From Lama guanicoe (lineage: Eukaryota): DNA of 64,000 bases. The translations under genes were made by a program, and so were the position numbers. The notes beneath the pieces were generated by a model. That model had not been told where the DNA came from and ran no database searches. It was given only the letters and a program-made list of their open reading frames with translations. The DNA lies in NCBI GenBank assembly GCA_013239625.1, contig MU053652.1:744001-808000 (forward strand), read 5' to 3'. Positions 13,016-27,094 of the stretch are shown here, piece after piece. Each line of letters opens with the position of its first letter. The stretch's first letter is position 1.

Positions 13016-15202
13016 CCTTGTCTCTACTTCTGATGTCCTCTGTCATTCTTGAAAATCCTGAGCATGAATTTTGGGCTAATACTCATGAAAAACATCCTCC
13101 CTCCTCTGACCTTCAACCATCTGTAACTTAATATGAACATAGCAAACCCCATGAGAAAAGTAAGTGATGTTCGTGGGTTCTTTCGGTACTCAAAAATTAT
13201 AATACAATAAGGATGCCATGTATCACTCAGGATGCCACTCATTCCTCTTATAAGCACTCGCATTCAGTGCCAAGTAACAGAATCCTTTTGTGTTCAAAGC
13301 CGCCACAACAACTGTTAGGAGCTGACTGAACCTTCCCACCTCTGTGGTAGAGAAAAACCATGTCACTTGCTCAACACTGTTCCTTCGTCAGGATCCAAAA
13401 ACAAACCAAAACAATCTAATAAACAAAAACGTTCCCCCGAACAATCTGTCAGAGTACTTACTTCTATCACACAAAATGAGTGCCTGAGGGTGACATGAAG
13501 AAGCAAAGAATTAGGGTAAGTCAACTCATGCTTCCTTGGAGGGGTGTAGGCTTAAGGTGAGTGGTGCTGAAGTGAACTAATCTTTCAAAGAAATTGGAGA
13601 AAAAAACACTGATGAAGGATTCCTTGATAATCCTTCTATACTCCCGAGAACTGAGGTGAGATGAAATAACTGGAATTTACAGCAACACCATGTAATTATG
13701 GAATATTCTAGAGAAAAAGTAAGTGTGTAGAATAGAGACTCTGAGAGCCAGAGTTATGGATTTACCAGCTGGATGTATGAGAAGAACAAGGGGGGAAAAG
13801 TTGAAGATTCTAGTAAGAAAAAAATTCAGGTGATTAACCACACATAGGTCAAGGCTTGATTAAAAAAAGAAATGAACTTTGAAAAGGGCTTGAACGAAAA
13901 CAGTGGAAGCTGGCACTCAAGGGTCTCTACAAGGTCAAAGAGCATTCGAGGCTGAAGTGACAGTGAGAACAGATGTGAAAGGAACGGGCAGTAACAGAGA
14001 AGGACATACTTAGAACCATATCCATCCTCACTTTCCCTGGGGTCACAAGCACCAGAAGCCCTCCCCTGAATTAGAAATAAGAGTGGTGAATGTGTGTGTC
14101 GGGGGTGCGGGGTGCCATTGGGGGAGCAGTTAAGTTTGATGTTAGGTAGTTAAAGAATTAGGCAGCAGCAAAGTTTGGGACGGGGATTAAGACTAAGGAA
14201 CCAAAGAAATAAAGGAAATTCCAAGAATCTCAGCCCAGAGGAAAAAGGGAAGTTTCTTTTGGTTCCCCCTAGAGTCACTCACAGGTAGAAGGTATAATGT
14301 AGGGAAAGATCATCTAAATTAGGGTCTGCCTAATGATGAGCTACTGTGAGAAAGACACACAGTACATGTTGTGAAGTACAAACCATATAGGATGTGCACG
14401 TGCAGTTATCTTACATCTTCTGCAAATTTCAATGTGAACAGGCTGCTAGGAAGCAAGTAACTCATCTGAGGTCTGTTTCAAATAAGACAATCTATCAAAG
14501 ATTTTTTTGGTTAAAGACTGTGAAATAATTCTTACAGAGAAATAAAAATCAACATTCTGTAGTTCAAGAATTGAATACATTCTAGCTCCTAAAGAACAAG
14601 TGAAATTTATCATCTATTATTTTGGGGTGGTCCCTTGGTTTTAAAAAACATAAGGAAAAAAACCAGTTCCTTAATTATCTCCCTAACAATCAATTAAAAG
14701 TGTTTTTTTAAAAGAGGTTTTGGAGGATGGGATGAAAAGAAACAAAGAAAAGTGCAGTAACAATTTTTGAGGTAAATAATATCCTAAGCCATCAGTAAAA
14801 TGTGTTCACCTGGAGCTCTTCCATAAGTTTAAGTCAAAGAAAGTTCCATCAGTAATAGTACTGCGTGTTTCTGTAATGGAGTCTGAAATGACATGCTCTA
14901 TGAAGAGCAAAAGGTAAGATATGAGCCAATTAGCAAAGGATCCACAGTCACTGTCTGCATATTTTTAAATGGTTGATCAATAAGGCACAAGGGAAGTTTA
15001 ATTGACCATCTTTGAGGAACATTCCTATCTTAGTGACATTATCCTCCAATTCACTTTAAGGCTACATAAGAAGATTGCATTGATTCTTTTTTCTCTTTCC
15101 ACTCTTTAATGGATTTCCCAGTTTTCATTATCTTGAATCTATTAAATGTATTTTAGTGGCAGAGATTCTCATGTGTCTAAGCTGGAGTCCCCAACCTTAC
15201 TC

Positions 15203-15525
15203 CCTGTGTGTCTGGTTTCTTAGCAAAATCTTTTCAAAGTTCATCCATGTTGGAGCATTTGTCAGTATAGTACTTCATCATTTTCTATGGTTGAATAATA
15301 TTCCAGTATACATATATACCACATTTAGTTCAGCTATTTATCAGCTGATGAACATTTGGGTAGTTCCACTTGTTGGCTACTATCAACAATGCCACTGTGT
15401 TCAAATTTTGTGTGTACATATGTTTTCTCTTCAGTATATACCGAGAATTTGACCTGCTAGGTCATGTGGTAAATCCATCTTAAAATTTTGAGGAACTGGT
15501 GGACTGTTTTCCAAGGAGTCTGTAC
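15203..15525 (-). mobile_element. L1MB/ME fragment
   Basis: gttcatccatgttg...ggttgaataatattcca...gctgatgaacatttggg...ttttgaggaactg..gactgttttccaa. Confidence 0.85.
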
Positions 15526-17321
15526 CCTACTGCCCACTGTTGTTCTATTTTTAAATTACTATTTAAAAGAAAATGTGAATGTGTGTGTGTGTTGGTTGGG
15601 GAGGGGGTTTACGATGGGTAGCACACAGAGGAAGTTTGAGTATTTTGTTCTCTAGAATAACCATTTCGCACCAACGTCAGACCTCCCCAAGTCCTCTAGG
15701 GGTGGCCTTGTCTGTTTCTATCATTAAGGAAGCATTATTAGATGTAACAGGTGATGGTGAGGGCAGAAGCATTTGGGCATTGGTACAGCTGAGTAACTGT
15801 CCATGCTATCTGTACTGTTTCAACTAAGTGTCTGTGCTGGTTCATCACCCGTGATTAAAACCGACAATAAGGTTTCTCTCCTCACTCAAGTTTCAGATTG
15901 CAGAAGATTCTGCTCTTTGCCCAGTAGTTTGTTCAACAGCTCTTGTTAAAATAAAGCAAGACTGCTATGAAGGATGACAGAATGTGGTAGAGTTCTCTAA
16001 TCAGATGAACCCACCTCAGTACTGACCTAACACGGATGTTTGACTGGTCAGGAGTCTTCTGATGATCTCTGGCCAGCTGAATGGCAGATTTATGGTGCAA
16101 AAAAGCATCAAGCTGAAAACAGATTGAGCTCATCAATCTTATTTTTCCTGTAAAATGGCCTACGATGGAGCCCAGGCTATTGGAAGTGATTAGTGTATAA
16201 ATACACTAGTTCATTTGGAAGAAATAGTATTGTTAAATGCTGTTATTGTCTTCATACTCAGAGATGTGCTTCAATCTAAGTACCCCCAAAGTTTGAAAGG
16301 TATTACTTTGAAGGGCTTGATGTGACAGGTATGAAGTCTAAGAACACAAAGTGACTAAGAGAAGAGAGAGAAAGGTCTCTTTAAGTACAAATTAAGAATC
16401 AAGATACAAGGGGCAAAACATGGTAGCATTTACCTCCCTGACAAAGATAATCAGTGCTGGCATCCAAACAGAAACAGCATTATTTCATGGCTCACTGGAA
16501 GCATCTGGAGTACTGAGGCACAGGTGGCTTTAAATAACTTCACTGTTTAGGTCTAATCGGCAACAGTCAACTTTCCAGGCACTCTAGGCAACAATTCTTG
16601 CAATATTTCCACAGAATTAAAATCGATCTTCCAGGCTAGCTAAACATGAGCCATGACATGATCAACACTCGGAATTACAGCTGGCAGAGGCATCTTTGGG
16701 TCTATTGTTACATAAATTGAGCACAATACAGGACTGTGCATACCCAATGTTCAGCAAATAACTGATACAAATAATCAGTGTTTTACAACCTACTTAGGCT
16801 GTTCCTTCCTTGCAGCTTTCCCAAGACCAATACACTTTTTTACCCAAATGGAATCCTGTATTGCTAAAAAAGGAAAGCTAGCCCTCTCACTCATCTACAA
16901 TTGAAATAATAACCATTAGAAAAAAAAGTGCCTTCTACGTTTGAAATGCTGACCTCCATCCTCCATTAAATGCAGTAAGTTCAATATCAGCTACTCACCA
17001 AACCAAAAACTCATGAATTTGCAGTGAATTTTTCCAGTCATATCTGCTCCACATTTTTCTGGCACACTTATATCTTGAACTTATTCTCAAAATTTTAATT
17101 TTCCATTTGATCAACAGTGATTGTTGAAAAGCACATAGCCTAAGTGTTAATATTTTACATATGACTTGACGCCAAAATTTCAGTTCTAGGAATTTCCTCC
17201 TAGGCTCAATAAAAAAGTATCATGGGTGAACTTAAGATTTGACAAGGAAGTTCATCACAGAACAATATATCAAACTTTTAAAAAAATCACTTAAAATTCT
17301 AAACAATAGAGACTTGATTAT

Positions 17322-17378
17322 AAATATATACACAAATATGTGTGTATATAAATATATATACATATATATATACACACA
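17322..17378. repeat. (TA)n/(CA)n low-complexity tract
   Basis: Directly visible. Confidence 0.85.
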
Positions 17379-17612
17379 AACATTTACAGGTATAGATATC
17401 TATAACTGGAATATGATTCAGTTATTAAAAATATATAGACATTGCAATTAGGCAAGAGAAAGATAACAGGCAGGAGCCATTACAGCAAAAGGTTATTAAT
17501 TACAACACTGTGAGCTAAGCTCATATTATGTGTCTCTTAATTGTTAATACTGGAAGTCTGTTGATCTGATTCTCTTCTCTCTCACCTCTGCTGATTTTTC
17601 CCTATATTTGCT

Positions 17613-17659
17613 GTGTAGTGTGTATAGTGTGTGTGTATAGTGTGTTGTGTGTGTGTGTG
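17613..17659. repeat. Imperfect (TG)n microsatellite
   Basis: Directly visible. Confidence 0.85.
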
Positions 17660-20209
17660 AAGCTCATTCTCTTAGAAATTTTTCTGGAGCAATTCTTTGA
17701 GAACTAGTTGGAAGGCAGGTTCCACCAGAAAACATTAGCTATTGCTTCTAGTAGTTTACCTAAAGGAACTACCAACCTGGAACCCATTGTAAACTAACTT
17801 CTCACTTTGAAATGTTCTCACATCGCCCAGAAGATGCACATTTTGGCAACAAAACTGTTCTCCAGCAATTTTTCCTCCCTTTACCCTATGCCAATGTGAC
17901 CAACTTTCTTTCAGTTCCTTATGGGTAGGGGGAGAGATTACAAAAAAGAGATGGTATTTCTAGATGATCCATACACTCTGTGTGGAGTTTGGGGGTATGT
18001 TCTACTGGCTGCCCTAGGTTCCGTAAGTTCTGGGCTTTGTTTCTATTCTATGATTTCCAAGTTCATTTGGGTTTGGCAATACCCTCAGGGTTAAAACTAA
18101 CCTTGGTAGCATTTTCATTTTCTCCAATATCTCTCTGTAGTCCTTTTATCTTCTTTCTTTCTTTCCTTTTTTTTTTTTTGCTTCAATAATCCTAACTTTC
18201 TTAGCTTATCAAAGCAACATGTTAATATGCTTTATCCAACATTTACAATTTTTTCCTGGGAAGTTCAGTGAAGGTACCAGTCATACTGCTACAAAGAGAA
18301 GTCTCCACACAATCTGCTCTTCATAGAACAGTCTACAAACAACCTTCCCTCTGAATTCAGTTATTCCAGTGCAACTGGATTCTATTCAGATATCCCTATT
18401 ACTAGCTGGCTGTTCTAAATCAATTTTCATATTTATCCTATGATAATCATTACAAATAATACAAGGAACTAAAGATACAATAGAAACAGTAAAAATAGCT
18501 CTTGCCTTAAATGTTATCAGTCTCATATGGTGAAAAGTAACAATATATAGTAAAATGCAATTTGATATAGTAAATTATAAAATCAGCTATGGGAAGAGTG
18601 AAGTTATCTTTCCAATTCTGATATCAAGTAATTACGTAACATTAAGTAAGTTGTTTAACCTCTCTGCCTTCTATTTCTTATCAATAAAATAAAGAGAATG
18701 AATTAGTGTAATTCTTGAGAAACTTGTCCATCTATGAATTTTTATTTCCTAGATTATAAAATTTCCTTTACTACATATTTAACCCTTAGTTTATTTACAC
18801 TTTCTGATACTATAGAACATACATACCTATACCAAGTAGAAATTTATGCCAATTATAATGACTGAAATATGATATGCAATAATTCTAACAATATTTCAGA
18901 TGAAAATGAACTATACTTTTGCTTTGGGATATTAGTTATGCTTCAGGAAAAAATAATTAGTATTATTTGGGGCTGGCATTTTTAAACCACCTATGCTCTC
19001 TTTCTTTTATGAGAAGCATCTAAAATTCTGCTGTGATTATCACAAAAATTCCCCAATGCAGAGAAATAAAATGGGCAAAATTCATGGCATGTCCATACAA
19101 TTCTAACCTAAATTGTTTCTCAATTATTCATCACAAAGCAGGTATCAGAATTTTAAACAAATCACTATAATCAATGGTTTCCAAATAAGCAATTCTGAAA
19201 GAAACATATTTAATAGAAAAACACTATTTATTTATTTGAACTTATTCTATAGTCAGGAACTCAGTATTTTTGTGCCTAGGAGTGAGCTTAATGGTGATAT
19301 AAACATAATTAAATGACAGCTCATGATATCAAGGAGTTCATGTTATAATTGGGGTATAAAAAAGGACACAGCAAAAGTTAGAGGAAAAGCTATTATGAAA
19401 TATACCAAAAGAAAGAAAACATAGCATTCCAAAAAGATAAAACTATTGTTCCTGAGTTTGGAAACCAACTTACAGAAACATAATAAAACCCGGGAAGATA
19501 CTTGAAAGCTGCAGTTGTTTGGCAGAGAAAATAATGACATTGTTCCAAAGAGAAAATAATGACATTGTACAAAGTAGCCTGGTATTAATAATACAAGAAA
19601 ACAGACGGGCAATAATAGCACATAATACAGAACTCCTAATATTGGTATTCAATAAATACTCCATTTGGCTGATCAAAAATAGTGGCTCAATCACCTAACA
19701 AAGGAGCTACTGACTTATCAACATTTTCTAAATACATCATACAAAATTATTGCTACAATCTCTTCCTGGAAAAGTATTTTTCTTTTGTATTTCTTCAAAG
19801 ATCGGTGAATCTGCTTTTTAAATGCTGTTTTTCAAAAGTCTAAAATATAGACCAAGGCTTTTATTAAAACAAAATACACAAAAAGAATGGCTTGTCAATT
19901 TAGCTCAGGCGGGAGGAGAGACAGGCCAAGGTGACCAACACAAAGGCTCTGAGGATACCAGACAAAGCACTTAGGCCTCAAAACTAAAGGTCCACGGACA
20001 CAGCTTCCGTGTAAACACTTTTTTTATCTCAACGATCAAGCACCACTCCAGCAACAGAGAACTAAAGGGAGACCAGAACAAAAATACAGGAGGTAGATTA
20101 AATTCAAATACATTCAACAAGTGTTTACTAAGTATCAGGCATGTACAGGTACTGGATAAGGTCCTGCCAACAGTAAGAATAACATCAACCTTTGGTTGCT
20201 CACGTCGTC

Positions 20210-20780
20210 AGCCCGGGAGTCCTCCTCCCTCTTCTGTTTCACTCATGCCTCTCATCCAGTCCATCAGCATAGCCCCTCAGCTCAGCCTTCAAAAGACGAA
20301 GAATCCCAGCACTTGTCACCACCCTCACTGCCGCTGCTTTAGACTAAGCCACCACCACCTCTCTCCGGAGTACTGCTCTCCTATCTGGGCTTCCTGCTTC
20401 CATCCTCGCCCCCTTTCAGGGGATTCTCAACATTTCAAGCCAGAGAGATTCTGTTAAAATACAGTTACTCCTCTCTCTACAACGTTTCTTATCTCATCCT
20501 AAGTAAACAAACTTCTTGCAATGACCAAGAAGACTCTACTGCCTGCCCTGTACTCCTCTGAGTTCATCTTTTACAGCTCCTTCCCCTTCTCACTCTGCTC
20601 CAGACACACCGGCCATCTTGCTCTTTTGTGAGCACACCACACATGCGTCTTCCGCAGGGACTCTGTCCATCCTGTTCCTTCTGCCTGACAACACTCTTCC
20701 CAGATAAATACAGCTTGATCCCTTACCTCCTTCAGGTGTTTACTCAGCTATTTCCTTCCCAATAAGCCCTTCCCTGGTAT
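20210..20780 (+). mobile_element. L2 LINE fragment (3' region)
   Basis: catccagtccatcagc...gccagagagattctgttaaaat...ctcactctgctccagacacacc...ctgttccttctgcctg are standard L2 motifs. Confidence 0.85.
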
Positions 20781-21134
20781 GCAAAATAAAGCGAAGTCAA
20801 ATATGAATTCATTTAAATAATAAATTCAATCAGCCAAAAGCACATATTTCTCCATACCAGTGACTATAAGCAGATAAAAAACTAAGTTCCTGTAATCTGG
20901 CCATGATGATAGAATTCTGAGGACGTTATCACACAGGGAAGGCCTGCTAAAATGACACACTCGCACAAGCACATCACTAAAGCATACCCATAAAAAATTG
21001 AAACCTCACATATATCAATTTCCGAGCCAGCTTTCTCCTCCTAACTTTCTCTCCTGAGTATTTCCCCATGTCATTAAATATTCTTTAAGAACATGATTAT
21101 CCAAGATTGCATAATACTGTCGGGATGCACAAAC

Positions 21135-21720
21135 ATTCACCATTCAGCAATTATTGCAAAGTCTGCCGCATGCCAGGGCTATGCTAGGTGTTGGGAATAC
21201 AAAGTGATCAAAAAAGAGACAGTCCAGGCCCTTACGGGGTTGACTACCCGGTGATGAGATAGACAGGCTATCACACAAACACATATGTAATTACAAGTTG
21301 TCCTCTATGTTATGAGATTGGAACAGACGGGCAGGGGAGACCATGATACCTCTGTAACACTTAATGATCTCTATAGTAACCTATCAGGGGCTAACTTACT
21401 TCAAGGTCAGAGAAACCTTGTTGACAGAGTGACATTTACACAAAGCCTGAAGAGGAGGAAGAGTTGGTCTGTAAAGAGCAGAGGAAGAGCATGTGGGAAG
21501 GTCCTGAGGCTAGAAAGAGCTCAGCGTGGTCAAGGCCCTGAAAGCATTGAGTTCAGTGACTGAAGGCTAGTGAGGAAGAGGAGTAAACGGAGGGGGAAGT
21601 AGGCAGGGCCAGACCAGCCAGGACCTGCTAGGTCATGCTAAGGAAAGGACATGTTTTTCATCCTAAGTATAGGAAGTTGCTAACGATTTGGAGCAAGGAT
21701 GATGTGATTTAATGCAAATA
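21135..21720 (-). mobile_element. L2 LINE fragment
   Basis: cattcagcaattattg...tgccagggctatgctaggtgttgggaatacaaagtga...gtaggcagggccagacca. Confidence 0.8.
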
Positions 21721-22639
21721 TAAGACCGTGTTTTTTAAAACCCAGAATAATCTCTAATACAACCCTCTCCTTAATTTTTATCCTGACATAACGTCTACTT
21801 CCAAATGCTTCTCATATCTTCTCCAAAGCCAATGGAAGTCTCCTAGTCTCCCTGCCAAGCAGCACACAGAGCCTACAGCTCCTGGGACCACCATCAACCA
21901 AACTAAAGGTGACAAAACATCATCGGCCAATCTCTTGGACAGTAACTACTACCACCTGACTCGCCTCCTCTTAATATTTCGAATTTCCTTGCTCCCGATT
22001 CAAAGCCTACTTTTCTCCAATCTCTCACACTCCCTGATATCCCCTGGTTTTCTCCTGTGAAAACCATTTCTCCACAGGTCTCTGAACTGTTGGTATTTCC
22101 TCTCTAGACTGGCTGGCAGCCCAGGGCAGCTTCCAGACCACTGCACCTCCAGCACTTGAACAATAACTTCTTAAAAATTCTGACACTTTAGGGCCCATCC
22201 CATGGTGCTGTAGCACCATACCTTATCTTCTTTGGCTACCATTTAAGAACTTTGGCCCCTGATTCACAATCGACTTTTTACCTGAAGTTCTTCCCCTATC
22301 TAGGACGACAACCTCCATGTTCATGTTCACAGCCCATCAAACTCAAGAGGCCACTGAGAGCTGTGACAGTCTTATCTCCAATAACCTCCTTCATTCCACC
22401 TCAGCCTCTGTGCTCGACACAGGTTCACACACTGCAGCATACAGGCTCCAGCTGTCAGCCACTTCAAGGTCTGCCTCAGCTGCAGACAGCCTCTTCTCTG
22501 GAGGCCCACATCCCAGCCACTGCAGCTCAATGCAAGACAATTCTGATGGGTAAGATCCACTCCGCTGACCCCTGCTATGTTGGCAGAGGCTCTAGAGAGC
22601 CTGTCTCCAATTTCACTTTTCTTTCTGCAAAATCCTAAT

Positions 22640-23400
22640 TCCATCCCAGATGCTCTCCTAGGTGGTGATCCCATTAGACATCCTGCACCTTTGTCTTGAT
22701 CTCTGTATCTGCTTCTGGACCAACCTGCAGCAGCTGCCCACCCCTCCGTCCCCACCCGGACTTACCACCATCGATTACTGCTCTAACTACACACTTCTCA
22801 CTCTACTCACACCATCTTCTTTAACTCCAACACGACTTTCAATCTGCAGTCCCTTTATCTTTCTCCCATTTCACCACCTTTTTTTAATCTTTCATTCTCC
22901 TTCTTATTCAACCAAAATGTCACGATGCATAATGCAAGGACCATGCTTGTTAATATCATCACTCACCCTTCTGTCCTTTCGTAAGACCAGCCTGATAAAA
23001 GCCAACCACACAGAAGCCCCATTACCTGCCATCTCTGTATTTTCACCAACCGCTGCTATAGAGAGTCACCAAACAAGGTATACTGGTTAAAGAAAATCGG
23101 CCCTTCCACACTGCTTAAGCAAGTCAACTACATTTTTCTGAATAATTCATTCTCCCATTGTCCACACAATTATATCAAGCCCTCTCCACCCCCTTCACTC
23201 TCACCAGATGACTCACTCTCACCAGATGACCTTGCTTTTTATTTTATAGAGAAAATAGATACCAACAACCTGGACATCTGCCATCTTCCTTTTCCCAGAA
23301 AAACCAATGTTCCTACATCTATACCCACTCTAGCCTTCTTCTAAGCATTTCAGAATTCCCCCAACCTGAGGCTAATCCCTAAGAGTCCTGGAATACTTTT
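22640..23400 (+). mobile_element. Degraded L2 ORF2 interior
   Basis: C/T-rich with gatgaccttgctttttattttatagagaaaataga and ccaacctgaggctaatccc, typical of the L2 ORF2 region; may extend further left. Confidence 0.6.
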
Positions 23401-23653
23401 AACCTTATTACATAAATGAAAATGCAGCCCCACTCAAAATAACCAAAGAGAATTGATAGCACACATTAAACTCTGACAGAAATTCAATATTATTTAATGA
23501 GGTATGACAATAAAGTAATAAGACAAGTTCCAGAAACCAGATTTATTTTTTCAAAATTTATTTCCTTATTGTTTAAAAGGCTAATAATAAATGATTTCTA
23601 AATTTAAAAATTTCAAAAAAATGGAAAATATAATAAGAATATAAAATACATAA

Positions 23654-23680
23654 GTGTGTGTGAGAGAGAGAGAGAGAGAG
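23654..23680. repeat. (GT)n(GA)n microsatellite
   Basis: gtgtgtgtgagagagagagagagagag. Confidence 0.9.
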
Positions 23681-24099
23681 CGCACTAGAGAAGGGGGTGG
23701 AGGGAGATCTAGTTAGATCTAAAAACTGTAAAATGTTTATTACATACATAATCCTATAATACAGCCAGGTGATTCAGCCTAGGGCAAGGCATCTTTGCCC
23801 TATGACGTGAATCCAACGAAAGCTGTGTCTCTACAGGAAAGAAAGTATGAAAGCCAAATCTTTTCTTGATAGAAGATTCTACCTCCACATAATTTCCTGA
23901 TGAATACTCTTTCAGAGAAGTAAGCAACATAGTTCTACACCTTGGTAGTGTCACAAAAGCCTTTCAGAATTTGATGTAAACTGTGGCTCTCCTCAGAAAA
24001 AAAAAAGCACATGTACATGAAGACAAACTTTTACACAGAATTCCAGGGGGTACACAGACAGCCTCAAGACCAGAGGCCCCAGGTGTTAATAGAATTAGG

Positions 24100-24320
24100 A
24101 GAGTTCCTGGAGTCAGAAAGATCTGGATTCAAATTCCAAATCCACTACTTCCTCTCTCTGTGTCTGTCCTTGGTTAAGGCACGTAAACTTTTCCAATCTT
24201 TATTTATCTATAACCAGCATAATAATATATTCCTTGCCCTCAAGCACTTAATATAAAGAATAAGTAAAATTGTGTGTGAAGCTTTTTGTAAAATTTTTGT
24301 AAAGCACGGTATGAATGATA
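24100..24320 (+). mobile_element. MIR SINE
   Basis: ggagtcagaaagatctggattcaaattcca...ccactacttcct...tgtgtgaagct. Confidence 0.7.
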
Positions 24321-24479
24321 GTTATAACATGGACTCAGTCATGTTTTGCACTAATCCCTCCAACAAAGAATCTACAAGAGTCAAAACCTCCATGGAAAGC
24401 AGGTTCAAGTAATTTATGTTTAACACCTGAGAATAAAACTAAGAGTAAAAGGAAGGGGAAATGTTTAGTGGAATGGGAG

Positions 24480-24740
24480 TGTGGGGAAGAATATGATTGT
24501 TGTCTTCAGATACGCGATGGGCTACATTATGAAAAAGGAGATAAAATTGTATTCTATGTAGTCCTGTAAACATTATTAAGACAAATGAGATAGAACCCTC
24601 AAAAGGGCAGAAATGGCTTTATAAAAGGAAAAATTTACCCAGGATTACTGGAGCATAAAAAAGTAATGACTATGTTAGGGGACAGTTTCTTCCCTGTAAT
24701 GTAAGATCTTTATTTTTTGATTTTCCTGAGACAAGCCAGA
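24480..24740 (+). mobile_element. CR1/L3 LINE 3' fragment
   Basis: atgattgttgtcttcagatac..atgggctacattatgaaaaagga...ttgtattctatgtagtcc resembles the L3 3' end. Confidence 0.55.
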
Positions 24741-25234
24741 TGTGCAGTTGTTGAGGTACCACGAAGGAGAGTCAAAGCAATGACTGGAAAGTAAGAATCA
24801 ATTCCAATGGTGAGATTTTGGGATTTTTCATAAAAATGTCCTGAGACTAAACCTATAAATATTATTAAGTCAAAGACCATCACCAAGGATTCTATAGCAG
24901 CCAACTTCCCTCAAGAATTCACCACTATATTCTATCACAGTCATATAGGATGATAAAAATGAAATTAAATTAATGTCTAATTTTATCACTTACGTCTAGT
25001 GATATCAAGAATACAAAGGAACATTGCCCCTGTTAAAGAGGCAATGATTATAATGCAATGCAGACAGTTTTGGGGTTTTCTTTTTTTTCTTTTTAAAAAA
25101 GCTGAGGGCACAAAACAATAAAGCACCATTTAAATCTTATTTTAGAAGCACTATAAAATAGTATATAGTAATAAAGTACTATATACTATAAAACAGTGTA
25201 TAGTAAAATAGTACATAGTCTTCACTGACTATAA

Positions 25235-25444
25235 CCACTGATGTGTTAGTAAATGTTTAATAACCAGCTCTCCGAGGTGGGGCAGAATTCCTGATCTGTA
25301 GCCTGGGCTGATTTCTGTGGTGTAAGGACTCCTGTCAAGGTCAATTTCAAGCTACCAACATGATGTCACAGAACACAGATTTGGGAGGAAACGTTCACAG
25401 TCAGCTCTGGTGAGCCAGCACAAGCCTCCCATGGCCTGCCAGTG
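25235..25444 (-). mobile_element. MER63A-like hAT DNA transposon
   Basis: gtgttagtaaatgtttaataaccagctctcc...atttcaagctaccaacatgatgtcac..aac..gatttggga matches the reverse of MER63A. Confidence 0.8.
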
Positions 25445-25912
25445 AGTCTGAAACCATTTTTGTGATTCTTACTGCACAACTTTACTATCACCCCGTTCCC
25501 TCTCCACCAAAAAGCACATGTATGGTTAACGATATCTTTCCTTTAGATACAGGTTTTTCCCACCTTGGCTATAACTCTGTTACTATAAACATATATACAT
25601 ATATAAATATAAATATATATATATATTTGTATTTATGTCTCCATATGTGAGCTTATAGGAAAATTTTCCTCCATTAATATTTCTCCTCAGAGGGTTTCTA
25701 CACACTCCCTATGGTTGTCACACAACAGAGGAAGAATAGAGCAACGGCTAAGACTTACTATGAATTAATAATATCAGAAAATTATTAATATTTTTAACAC
25801 ATAGCAGGCACAATATACATATACAATTGGAATATGCTGAATTCACAAAGGTGGAGAAACTAATTGATATAAATTTCTGAACTACAACCTTGAACAACTA
25901 CAAGCTCAATTT

Positions 25913-26064
25913 TTAAAAAAAAATTTTAGGGATGGAGGTAATTAGGTTTATTTATGTATTTTTTAATTATTATTATTTCTTTTTTAGTGAAGGTACTGGG
26001 CATTAAACCCAGGACCTCGTGCATGCTAAGTTTGCACTCTACCACTGAGCTATACCCTCCTCCC
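25913..26064 (-). mobile_element. Vic-1-type SINE (long-tail form)
   Basis: Reverse complement of the tRNA-Ala-like head (...accactgagctataccctcc), the ggaggtaattaggtttattt tail segment, and TSD aag(c/t)tcaattt on both sides. Confidence 0.88.
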
Positions 26065-26444
26065 TAAGTTCAATTTAAATATGGAAATATTTCATACCTA
26101 AAATAGTAATGAAGGAGTTCTGTATTTTTATGGTGGATTTCATATAATAAAAATGATTTCTACCACCTCCTCTTAACTGGTGAACCCTAAATGAAGGCAA
26201 GATATGTAACTAGAGTTCCTAGCATTTCCATGGAGCTCAGGACCATATTAAACAATTGTCAGAACTGTGGCTAGCTAAGCAAGTATCCTTAGTATTTAAA
26301 GACGCATATTCAGGCATGGAGGTATAAAACGACACATTGTCTGGGTGCTTCAGCAAAGAATTAAAAAGGAGAATAAAATAGGAGATGAAGCAAATAAGGT
26401 AAAACTTTGATAACTACTGAATGTGGATGATGATCATATACAGA

Positions 26445-26491
26445 AATATATGTATATGTATATACACACACAGTATATATATATGTGTATA

Positions 26492-26522
<31 letters not shown>

Positions 26523-26523
26523 T
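26445..26523. repeat. Compound (TA)n/(TG)n/(CA)n microsatellite
   Basis: Directly visible. Confidence 0.9.
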
Positions 26524-26596
26524 TCCCTTTTAAGTTCATCTGAAATTCTCCCCACCCCACTGCAAAAAAACAAATAAAGCTGCCAGAAATACATTA

Positions 26597-27094
26597 CAGA
26601 TGGTCCCTGACTTACAATGGTCCAACTTAACACAATTTTTGACCATGATTTTTTGACTAAGCAATACACATTCAATAGCTACCATACTTCAAATTTAATT
26701 TTGATCTTTTCCTGGGCTAGCAATATGCAGTACAATACCCTCTCATGAGGCTGGGCGGTGGCAGTGAGCTCACAAGGTTCATCACAGGGGTAAGCAACCA
26801 GCACACTCACAACCATGCTGCACCCAGACAATCATTCTGTTTCTCACTTTCAGTACAGCATGTGGTAAGTTACATGAGACATTCACACTTTATTATTGCA
26901 TTGGCTTTGTGTTATAAGATTTTGCCCAACTTTCGGCTCACGTAAGTGTTCTGAGCACATTTAAGGTAGGGTAGGTAGGCTAAGCCATGACGTTCTGCAG
27001 GTTAGATGTATGAGATGCATTTTCACTTAGGAATATTCTCAACCTACGATGGGCTTACAGGGATGGAACCCCATCATTAGTCAAGGAAAATTTG
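26597..27094 (-). mobile_element. MER47/Tigger5-type TcMar DNA transposon
   Basis: TIR-like cagatggtccctgacttac ... gtcaaggaaaatttg, flanking TA dinucleotides, and internal tgttctgagcacatttaaggtagg..ggctaagc. Confidence 0.85.

Noticed and set aside
22252..23090. Cluster of longer overlapping ORFs (127-142 aa)
   Set aside because: Locally C-rich sequence in or next to a decayed L2, which has fewer stops. No promoter, splice or homology support.
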